NCBI RefSeq assembly: GCF_964204645.1
Contig: NW_027437435.1
Coordinates: 1 to 64,000 of the forward strand
Source: Tubulanus polymorphus
Lineage: Eukaryota; Animalia; Nemertea
DNA length: 64,000 bases
Reading direction: 5' to 3'
The first letter of the stretch is position 1; each line of letters starts with the position of its first letter. A program made the position numbers and the translations under genes. Under the pieces are notes generated by a model. The model ran no database searches and was not told the origin of the DNA. It worked only from the letters and a program-made list of their open reading frames with translations. Shown here one piece after another: positions 53,301 to 64,000 of this stretch.

Positions 53301-56300
53301 ATTCTCACTATCGGTAAAACGACAATGTCGATGCGTAAAAGCGCTCAAATCGTCAGGAAAAGCACTTTTCGACGCGAAAACGTCGTTCAGCGCGAGAAAA
53401 GACGTTTTCGTATCGAATATTCGCCCTATCGTAAAAACGACAATGCCGATGCGTAAAAGCGCTCAAATCGTCAAGAAAAGCACTTTTCGACGCCAAAACG
53501 TCGTTCGGCGCGAGAAAAGACGTTTTCGTATTGAATATTCTCCCTATCAGAAAAACGACAATGTCGATGCGTAAAAGCGCTCAAATCGTCAGGAAAAGCA
53601 CTTTTCGACGCGAAAACGTCGCTCAGCGCGAGAAAAGACGTTTTCGTATGGAATATTCGCCCTATCGTAAAAACGACAATGCCGATGCGTAAAAGCGCTC
53701 AAATCGTCAGGAAAAGCACTTTTCGACGCGAAAACGTCGTTCAGCGCGAGAAAAGACCTTTTCGTATCGAATATTCCCCCTATCGGAAAAACGACAATGT
53801 CGATGCGTAAAAGCGCTCAAATCGTCAGGAAAAGCACTTTTCGACCCGAAAACGTCGTTCAGCGCGAGAAAAGTCGTTTTCGTATCGAATATTCTCACTA
53901 TCGGTAAAACGACAATGTCGATGCGTAAAAGCGCTCAAATCGTCAGGAAAAGCACTTTTCGACGCGAAAACGTCGTTCAGCGCGAGAAACGACGTTTTCG
54001 TATCGAATATTCTCCCTATCGGAAAAACGACAATGTCGATGCGTAAAAGCGCTCAAATCGTCAGGAAAAGCACTTTTCGACGCGAAAACGTAGTTCAGCG
54101 CGAGAAAAGACGTTTTCTTATCGAATATTCCCCCTATCGGAAAAACGACAATGCCGATGCGTAAAAGCGCTCAAATCGTCAGGAAAAGCACTTTTCGACG
54201 CGAAAACGTCGCTCAGCGCGAGAAAGACGTTTTCGTATCGAATATTCCCCCTATCGGAAAAACGACAATGTCGATGCGTAAAAGCGCTCAAATCGTCAGG
54301 AAAAGCACTTTTCGACGCGAAAACGTCGTTCAGCGGGAGAAAAGACGTTTTCGTATCGAATATTCTCACTATCGGTAAAACGACAATGTCGATGCGTAAA
54401 AGCGCTCAAATCGTCAGGAAAAGCACTTTTCGACGCGAAAACGTCGCTCAGCGCGAGAAAAGACGTTTTCGTATCGAATATTCGCCCTATCGTAAAAACG
54501 ACAATGCCGATGCGTAAAAGCGCTCAAATCGTCAAGAAAAGCACTTTTCGACGCCAAAACGTCGTTCGGCGCGAGAAAAGACGTTTTCGTATTGAATATT
54601 CTCCCTATCAGAAAAACGACAATGTCGATGCGTAAAAGCGCTCAAATCGTCAGGAAAAGCACTTTTCGACGCGAAAACGTCGCTCAGCGCGAGAAAAGAC
54701 GTTTTCGTATGGAATATTCGCCCTATCGTAAAAACGACAATGCCGATGCGTAAAAGCGCTCAAATCGTCAGGAAAAGCACTTTTCGACGCGAAAACGTCG
54801 TTCAGCGCGAGAAAAGACCTTTTCGTATCGAATATTCCCCCTATCGGAAAAACGACAATGTCGATGCGTAAAAGCGCTCAAATCGTCAGGAAAAGCACTT
54901 TTCGACCCGAAAACGTCGTTCAGCGCGAGAAAAGTCGTTTTCGTATCGAATATTCTCACTATCGGTAAAACGACAATGTCGATGCGTAAAAGCGCTCAAA
55001 TCGTCAGGAAAAGCACTTTTCGACGCGAAAACGTCGTTCAGCGCGAGAAACGACGTTTTCGTATCGAATATTCTCCCTATCGGAAAAACGACAATGTCGA
55101 TGCGTAAAAGCGCTCAAATCGTCAGGAAAAGCACTTTTCGACGCGAAAACGTAGTTCAGCGCGAGAAAAGACGTTTTCTTATCGAATATTCCCCCTATCG
55201 GAAAAACGACAATGCCGATGCGTAAAAGCGCTCAAATCGTCAGGAAAAGCACTTTTCGACGCGAAAACGTCGCTCAGCGCGAGAAAGACGTTTTCGTATC
55301 GAATATTCCCCCTATCGGAAAAACGACAATGTCGATGCGTAAAAGCGCTCAAATCGTCAGGAAAAGCACTTTTCGACGCGAAAACGTCGTTCAGCGGGAG
55401 AAAAGACGTTTTCGTATCGAATATTCTCACTATCGGTAAAACGACAATGTCGATGCGTAAATGCGGTCAAATCGTCAGGAAAAGCACTTTTCGACGCGAA
55501 AACGTCGCTCAGCGCGAGAAAAGACGTTTTCGTATCGAATATTCGCCCTATCGTAAAAACGACAATGCCGATGCGTAAAAGCGCTCAAATCGTCAGGAAA
55601 AGCACTTTTCGACGCCAAAACGTCGTTCGGCGCGAGAAAAGACGTTTTCGTATTGAATATTCTCCCTATCAGAAAAACGACAATGTCGATGCGTAAAAGC
55701 GCTCAAATCGTCAGGAAAAGCACTTTTCGACGCGAAAACGTCGCTCAGCGCGAGAAAAGACGTTTTCGTATGGAATATTCGCCCTATCGTAAAAACGACA
55801 ATGCCGATGCGTAAAAGCGCTCAAATCGTCAGGAAAAGCACTTTTCGACGCGAAAACGTCGTTCAGCGCGAGAAAAGACCTTTTCGTATCGAATATTCCC
55901 CCTATCGGAAAAACGACAATGTCGATGCGTAAAAGCGCTCAAATCGTCAGGAAAAGCACTTTTCGACCCGAAAACGTCGTTCAGCGCGAGAAACGACGTT
56001 TTCGTATCGAATATTCTCCCTATCGGAAAAACGACAATGTCGATGCGTAAAAGCGCTCAAATCGTCAGGAAAAGCACTTTTCGACGCGAAAACGTAGTTC
56101 AGCGCGAGAAAAGACGTTTTCTTATCGAATATTCCCCCTATCGGAAAAACGACAATGCCGATGCGTAAAAGCGCTCAAATCGTCAGGAAAAGCACTTTTC
56201 GACGCGAAAACGTCGCTCAGCGCGAGAAAGACGTTTTCGTATCGAATATTCCCCCTATCGGAAAAACGACAATGTCGATGCGTAAAAGCGCTCAAATCGT

Positions 56301-59300
56301 CAGGAAAAGCACTTTTCGACGCGAAAACGTCGTTCAGCGCGAGAAAAGACCTTTTCGTATCGAATATTCCCCCTATCGGAAAAACGACAATGTCGATGCG
56401 TAAAAGCGCTCAAATCGTCAGGAAAAGCACTTTTCGACCCGAAGACGTCGTTCAGCGCGAGAAAAGTCGTTTTCGTATCGAATATTCTCCCTATCGGTAA
56501 AACGACAATGTCGATGCGTAAAAGCGCTCAAATCGTCAGGTAAAGCACTTTTCGACGCGAAAACGTCGTTCAGCGCGAGAAAAGTCGTTTTCGTATCGAA
56601 TATTCTCCCTATCGGTAAAACGACAATGCCGATGCGTAAAAGCGCTCAAATCGTCAGGAAAAGCACTTTTCGACCCAAAAACGTCGTTCGGCGCGAGAAA
56701 AGTCGTTTTCGTATCGAATATTCTCCCTATCGGTAAAACGACAATGTCGATGCGTAAATGCGTTCAAATCGTCAGGAAAAGCACTTTTCGACGCGAAAAC
56801 GTCGCTCAGCGCGAGAAAAGACGTTTTTGTATCGAATATTCGCCCTATCGTAAAAACAACAATGCCGATGCGTAAAAGCGCTCAAATCGTCAGGAAAAGC
56901 ACTTTTCGACGCGAAAACGTCGTTCAGCGCGAGAAAAGACGTTTTCTTATCGTATATTCCCCCTATCGGAAAAACGACAATGTCGATGCGTAAAAGCGCT
57001 CAAATCATAAGGAAAAGCACTTTTCGACGCGAAAACGTCGTTCAGCGCGAGAAAAGTCGTTTTCGTATCGAATATTCTCCCTATCGGTAAAACGACAATG
57101 CCGATGCGTAAAAGCGCTCAAATCGTCAGGAAAAGCACTTTTCGACCCAAAAACGTCGTTCGGCGCGAGAGAGTCGTTTTCGTATCGAATATTCTCCCTA
57201 TCGGTAAAACGACAATGTCGATGCGTAAATGCGTTCAAATCGTCAGGAAAAGCACTTTTCGACGCGAAAACGTCGCTCAGCGCGAGAAAAGACGTTTTTG
57301 TATCGAATATTCGCCCTATCGTAAAAACGACAATGCCGATGCGTAAAAGCGCTCAAATCGTCAGGAAAAGCACTTTTCGACGCGAAAACGTCGTTCAGCG
57401 CGAGAAAAGACGTTTTCTTATCGTATATTCCCCCTATCGGAAAAACGACAATTTCGATGCGTAAAAGCGCTCAAATCATAAGGAAAAGCACTTTTCGACG
57501 CGAAAACGTCGCTCAGCGCGAGAAAAGACGTTTTCGTATCGAATATTCCCCCTATCGGAAAAACGACAATGTCGATGCGTAAAAGCGCTCAAATCGTAAG
57601 GAAAAGCACTTTTCGACCCGAAAACGTAGTTCAGCGCGAGAAAAGTCGTTTTCGTATCGAATATTCTCACTATCGGTAAAACGACAATGTCGATGCGTAA
57701 AAGCGCTCAAATCGTCAGGAAAAGCACTTTTCGACGCGAAAACGTCGTTCAGCGCGAGAAAAGACCTTTTCGTATCGAATATTCCCCCTATCGGAAAAAC
57801 GACAATGCCGATGCGTAAAAGCGCTCAAATCGTCAGGAAAAGCACTTTTCGACGCGAAAACGTCGTTCAGCGCGAGAAAAGACGTTTTCGTATCGAATAT
57901 TCCCCCTATCGGTAAAACGACAATGTCGATGCGTAAAAGCGCTCAAATCGTCAGGAAAAGCACTTTTCGACGCGAAAACGTCGTTCGGCGCGAGAAAAGA
58001 CGTTTTCGTATGGAATATTCTCCCTATCGGAAAAACGACAATGTCGATGCGTAAAAGCGCTCAAATCGTCAGGAAAAGCACTTTTCGACGCGAAAACGTC
58101 GCTCAGCGCGAGAAAAGACGTTTTCGTATGGAATATTCGCCCTATCGTAAAAACGACAATGCCGATGCGTAAAAGCGCTCAAATCGTCAGGAAAAGCACT
58201 TTTCGACGCGAAAACGTCGCTCAGCGCGAGAAAAGACGTTTTCGTATGGAATATTCGCCCTATCGTAAAAACGACAATGCCGATGCGTAAAAGCGCTCAA
58301 ATCGTCAGGAAAAGCACTTTTCGACGCGAAAACGTCGTTCAGCGCGAGAAAAGACCTTTTCGTATCGAATATTCCCCCTATCGGAAAAACGACAATGTCG
58401 ATGCGTAAAAGCGCTCAAATCGTAAGGAAAAGCACTTTTCGACCCGAAAACGTAGTTCAGCGCGAGAAAAGTCGTTTTCGTATCGAATATTCTCACTATC
58501 GGTAAAACGACAATGTCGATGCGTATAAGCGCTCAAATCGTCAGGAAAAGCACTTTTCGACGCGAAAACGTAGTTCAGCGCGAGAAAAGACGTTTTCTTA
58601 TCGAATATTCCCCCTATCGGAAAAACGACAATGTCGATGCGTAAAAGCGCTCAAATCGTCAGGAAAAGCACTTTTCGACGCGAAAACGTCGCTCAGCGCG
58701 AGAAAAGACGTTTTCGTATCGAATATTCTCCCTATCGTAAAAACGACAATGCCGATGCGTAAAAGCGCTCAAATCGTCAGGAAAAGCACTTTTCGACGCG
58801 AAAACGTCGTTCAGCACGAGAAAAGACGTTTTCTTATCGTATATTCCCCCTATCAGAAAAACAACAATGTCGATGCGTAAAAGCGCTCAAATCATAAGGA
58901 AAAGCACTTTTCGACGCGAAAACGTCGCTCAGCGCGAGAAAAGACGTTTTCGTATCGAATATTCCCCCTGTCGGTAAAACGACAATGTCGATGCGTAAAA
59001 GCGCTCAAATCGTCAGGAAAAGCACTTTTCGACGCGAAAACGTAGTTCAGCGCGAGAAAAGACGTTTTCTTATCGAATATTCCCCCTATCGGAAAAACGA
59101 CAATGTCGATGCGTAAAAGCGCTCAAATCGTAAGGAAAAGCACTTTTCGACCCGAAAACGTAGTTCAGCGCGAGAAAAGTCGTTTTCGTATCGAATATTC
59201 TCACTATCGGTAAAACGACAATGTCGATGCGTAAAAGCGCTCAAATCGTCAGGAAAAGCACTTTTCGACGCGAAAACGTCGTTCAGCGCGAGAAAAGACG

Positions 59301-62300
59301 TTTTCTTATCGTATATTCCCCCTATCGGAAAAACGACAATGTCGATGCGTAAAAGCGCTCAAATCGTCAGGAAAAGCACTTTTCGACGCGAAAACGTCGC
59401 TCAGCGCGAGAAAAGACGTTTTCGTATCGAATATTCCCCCTATCGGAAAAACGACAATGTCGATGCGTAAAAGCGCTCAAATCGTAAGGAAAAGCACTTT
59501 TCGACGCGAAAACGTCGTTCAGCACGAGAAAAGACGTTTTCTTATCGTATATTCCCCCTATCAGAAAAACAACAATGTCGATGCGTAAAAGCGCTCAAAT
59601 CATAAGGAAAAGCACTTTTCGACGCGAAAACGTCGCTCAGCGCGAGAAAAGACGTTTTCGTATCGAATATTCCCCCTGTCGGTAAAACGACAATGTCGAT
59701 GCGTAAAAGCGCTCAAATCGTCAGGAAAAGCACTTTTCGACGCGAAAACGTAGTTCAGCGCGAGAAAAGACGTTTTCTTATCGAATATTCCCCCTATCGG
59801 AAAAACGACAATGTCGATGCGTAAAAGCGCTCAAATCGTAAGGAAAAGCACTTTTCGACCCGAAAACGTAGTTCAGCGCGAGAAAAGTCGTTTTCGTATC
59901 GAATATTCTCACTATCGGTAAAACGACAATGTCGATGCGTAAAAGCGCTCAAATCGTCAGGAAAAGCACTTTTCGACGCGAAAACGTCGTTCAGCGCGAG
60001 AAAAGACGTTTTCTTATCGTATATTCCCCCTATCGGAAAAACGACAATGTCGATGCGTAAAAGCGCTCAAATCGTCAGGAAAAGCACTTTTCGACGCGAA
60101 AACGTCGCTCAGCGCGAGAAAAGACGTTTTCGTATCGAATATTCCCCCTATCGGAAAAACGACAATGTCGATGCGTAAAAGCGCTCAAATCGTAAGGAAA
60201 AGCACTTTTCGACCCGAAAACGTAGTTCAGCGCGAGAAAAGTCGTTTTCGTATCGAATATTCTCACTATCGGTAAAACGACAATGTCGATGCGTAAAAGC
60301 GCTCAAATCGTCAGGAAAAGCACTTTTCGACGCGAAAACGTCGTTCAGCGCGAGAAAAGACGTTTTCGTGTCGAATATTCTCCCTATCGGTAAAACGACA
60401 ATGTCGATGCGTAAAAGCGCTCAAATCGTAAGGAAAAGCACTTTTCGACGCGAAAACGTAGTTCAGCGCGAGAAAAGACGTTTTCTTATCGAATATTCCC
60501 CCTATCGGAAAAACGACAATGTCGATGCGTAAAAGCGCTCAAATCGTCAGGAAAAGCACTTTTCGACGCGAAAACGTCGCTCAGCGCGAGAAAAGACGTT
60601 TTCGTATGGAATATTCTCACTATCGGTAAAACGACAATGTCGATGCGTAAAAGCGCTCAAATCGTCAGGAAAAGCACTTTTCGACGCGAAAACGTCGCTC
60701 AGCGCGAGAAAAGACGTTTTCGTATCGAATATTCGCCCTATCGTAAAAACGACAATGCCGATGCGTAAAAGCGCTCAAATCGTCAGGAAAAGCACTTTTC
60801 GACGCGAAAACGTCGTTCAGCGCGAGAAACGACGTTTTCGTATCGAATATTCTCCCTATCGGAAAAACGACAATGCCGATGCGTAAAAGCGCTCAAATCG
60901 TCAGGAAAAGCACTTTTCGACGCGAAAACGTCGTTCAGCGCGAGAAAAGACCTTTTCGTATCGAATATTCCCCCTATCGGAAAAACGACAATGCCGATGC
61001 GTAAAAGCGCTCAAATCGTCAGGAAAAGCACTTTTCGACCCGAAAACGTCGCTCAGCGCGAGAAAAGACGTTTTCGTATCGAATATTCCCCCTATCGGAA
61101 AAACGACAATGTCGATGCGTAAAAGCGCTCAAATCGTCAGGAAAAGCACTTTTCGACGCGAAAACGTCGTTCAGCGCGAGAAAAGTCGTTTTCGTATCGA
61201 ATATTCTCCCTATCGGTAAAACGACAATGCCGATGCGTAAAAGCGCTCAAATCGTCAGGAAAAGCACTTTTCGACCCAAAAACGTCGTTCGGCGCGAGAA
61301 AAGTCGTTTTCGTATCGAATATTCTCCCTATCGGTAAAACGACAATGTCGATGCGTAAAAGCGCTCAAATCGTCAGGAAAAGCACTTTTCGACGCGAAAA
61401 CGTCGTTCAGCGGGAGAAAAGACGTTTTCGTATCGAATATTCTCACTATCGGTAAAACGACAATGTCGATGCGTAAAAGCGCTCAAATCGTCAGGAAAAG
61501 CACTTTTCGACGCGAAAACGTCGCTCAGCGCGAGAAAAGACGTTTTCGTATCGAATATTCGCCCTATCGTAAAAACGACAATGCCGATGCGTAAAAGCGC
61601 TCAAATCGTCAGGAAAAGCACTTTTCGACGCGAAAACGTCGTTCGGCGCGAGAAAAGACGTTTTCGTATTGAATATTCTCCCTATCGGAAAAACGACAAT
61701 GTCGATGCGTAAAAGCGCTCAAATCGTCAGGAAAAGCACTTTTCGGCGCGAAAACGTCGCTCAGCGCGAGAAAAGACGTTTTCGTATGGAATATTCGCCC
61801 TATCGTAAAAACGACAATGCCGATGCGTAAAAGCGCTCAAATCGTCAGGAAAAGCACTTTTCGACGTGAAAACGTCGTTCAGCGCGAGAAAAGACCTTTT
61901 CGTATCGAATATTCCCCCTATCGGAAAAACGACAATGTCGATGCGTAAAAGCGCTCAAATCGTCAGGAAAAGCACTTTTCGACCCGAAAACGTCGTTCAG
62001 CGCGAGAAAAGTCGTTTTCGTATCGAATATTCTCACTATCGGTAAAACGACAATGTCGATGCGTAAAAGCGCTCAAATCGTCAGGAAAAGCACTTTTCGA
62101 CGCGAAAACGTCGTTCAGCGCGAGAAACGACGTTTTCGTATCGAATATTCTCCCTATCGGAAAAACGACAATGTCGATGCGTAAAAGCGCTCAAATCGTC
62201 AGGAAAAGCACTTTTCGACGCGAAAACGTCGCTCAGCGCGAGAAAAGACGTTTTCTTATCGAATATTCCCCCTATCGGAAAAACGACAATGCCGATGCGT

Positions 62301-64000
62301 AAAAGCGCTCAAATCGTCAGGAAAAGCACTTTTCGACGCGAAAACGTCGCTCAGCGCGAGAAAGACGTTTTCGTATCGAATATTCCCCCTATCGGTAAAA
62401 CGACAATGCCGATGCGTAAAAGCGCTCAAATCGTCAGGAAAAGCACTTTTCGACCCAAAAACGTCGTTCGGCGCGAGAAAAGTCGTTTTCGTATCGAATA
62501 TTCTCCCTATCGGTAAAACGACAATGTCGATGCGTAAATGCGTTCAAATCGTCAGGAAAAGCACTTTTCGACCCGAAAACGTAGTTCAGCGCGAGAAAAG
62601 ACGTTTTCTTATCGTATATTCCCCCTATCGGAAAAACGACAATGTCGATGCGTAAAAGCGCTCAAATCATAAGGAAAAGCACTTTTCGACGCGAAAACGT
62701 CGCTCAGAGCGAGAAAAGACGTTTTCGTATCGAATATTCCCCCTATCGGAAAAACGACAATGCCGATGCGTAAAAGCGCTCAAATCGTCAGGAAAAGCAC
62801 TTTTCGACGCGAAAACGTCGCTCAGCGCGAGAAAAGACGTTTTCGTATGGAATATTCGCCCTATCGTAAAAACGACAATGCCGATGCGTAAAAGCGCTCA
62901 AATCGTCAGGAAAAGCACTTTTCGACGCGAAAACGTCGTTCAGTGCGAGAAAAGACCTTTTCGTATCGAATATTCCCCCTATCGGAAAAACGACAATGTC
63001 GATGCGTAAAAGCGCTCAAATCGTCAGGAAAAGCACTTTTCGACCCGAAGACGTCGTTCAGCGCGAGAAAAGTCGTTTTCGTATCGAATATTCTCCCTAT
63101 CGGTAAAACGACAATGTCGATGCGTAAAAGCGCTCAAATCGTCAGGAAAAGCACTTTTCGACGCGAAAACGTCGTTCAGCGCGAGAAAAGTCGTTTTCGT
63201 ATCGAATATTCTCCCTATCGGTAAAACGACAATGCCGATGCGTAAAAGCGCTCAAATCGTCAGGAAAAGCACTTTTCGACGCGAAAACGTCGTTCGGCGC
63301 GAGAAAAGTCGTTTTCGTATCGAATATTCTCCCTATCGGTAAAACGACAATGTCGATGCGTAAATGCGTTCAAATCGTCAGGAAAAGCACTTTTCGACGC
63401 GAAAACGTCACTCAGCGCGAGAAAAGACGTTTTCGTATCGAATATTCGCCCTATCGTAAAAACGACAATGCCGATGCGTAAAAGCGCTCAAATCGTCAGG
63501 AAAAGCACTTTTCGACGCGAAAACGTCGTTCAGCGCGAGAAAAGACGTTTTCGTATCGAATATTCCCCCTATCGGAAAAACGACAATGTCGATGCGTAAA
63601 AGCGCTCAAATCGTCAGGAAAAGCACTTTTCGACGCGAAAACGTCGTTCAGCGCGAGAAAAGTCGTTTTCGTATCGAATATTCTCCCTATCGGTAAAACG
63701 ACAATGCCGATGCGTAAAAGCGCTCAAATCGTCAGGAAAAGCACTTTTCGACCCAAAAACGTCGTTCGGCGCGAGAAAAGTCGTTTTCGTATCGAATATT
63801 CTCCCTATCGGTAAAACGACAATGTCGATGCGTAAAAGCGCTCAAATCGTCAGGAAAAGCACTTTTCGACGCGAAAACGTCGTTCAGCGGGAGAAAAGAC
63901 GTTTTCGTATCGAATATTCTCACTATCGGTAAAACGACAATGTCGATGCGTAAAAGCGCTCAAATCGTCAGGAAAAGCACTTTTCGACGCGAAAACGTCG
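11316..64000 (+). repeat. 118-bp satellite DNA array, ~446 head-to-tail monomers, continuing beyond the window
   Basis: Consensus CGTAAAAGCGCTCAAATCGTCAGGAAAAGCACTTTTCGACGCGAAAACGTCGTTCAGCGCGAGAAAAGACGTTTTCGTATCGAATATTCCCCCTATCGGAAAAACGACAATGTCGATG. Monomers differ at a few recurrent sites; I saw no inversions or TE insertions. Confidence 0.99.
45400..56350 (+). repeat. Local 9-monomer higher-order repeat (1061 bp) interleaved with larger duplicated blocks
   Basis: Identical variant strings (and identical ORF-track peptides) recur at 1061-bp spacing, e.g. 48928/49989 and 54118/55179. 1061 = 9x118-1, including a GAGAAAGAC 1-bp-deletion monomer. Confidence 0.8.

Noticed and set aside
11316-64000. 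Dozens of 60-120 aa ORFs (MRKSAQIVRKSTFRRENV..., MRIFDTKTSFLAL...)
   Set aside because: These are read-through of the 118-bp monomer (118 = 39x3+1, so the frame shifts each unit and meets the TAA in CGTAAAAG about every third monomer). They have no domain content, and their lengths depend on random indels.
11316-64000. CRISPR-like or cassette/barcode array
   Set aside because: There are no unique spacers: the variable positions are a few shared SNP haplotypes within a tandem monomer. There are no cas or recombinase genes, and the context is eukaryotic TEs.

Overview
Eukaryotic (animal-like) heterochromatic window with no host genes. About 0.5-11.3 kb is a nest of decayed transposable elements. 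A BEL/Pao LTR retrotransposon (~492-9607, + strand, pseudogenised) is interrupted in gag by an L1/Tx1-type non-LTR element (1459-4438). That element has an 8-bp TSD, a twin-priming-type 5' inversion, and has lost its endonuclease and RT. The BEL element is also interrupted in RNase H by a non-autonomous TIR element with a TTA TSD (7003-8141, PIF/Harbinger-like), and is cut off in integrase by a probable reverse-oriented solo LTR (9608-10237). A 166-bp palindromic MITE-like element, a 91-bp tandem duplication and an AT-rich orphan ORF follow. At 11316 the sequence switches abruptly into a head-to-tail 118-bp satellite that runs to the window end (~446 copies, uninterrupted). The monomer is strongly CpG-enriched (16 CpG, O/E ~2.6), dense in dyad symmetries and has ~10-bp phased A/T tracts. 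The array has variant-defined subdomains, multi-kb block duplications and a local 9-mer higher-order repeat, consistent with the edge of a (peri)centromeric array. All short ORFs after 11.3 kb are satellite read-through, not genes. I found no clear new protein-coding system; the most novel signals are the satellite architecture, its junction with the orphan ORF, and the rearranged L1/Tx1 copy.
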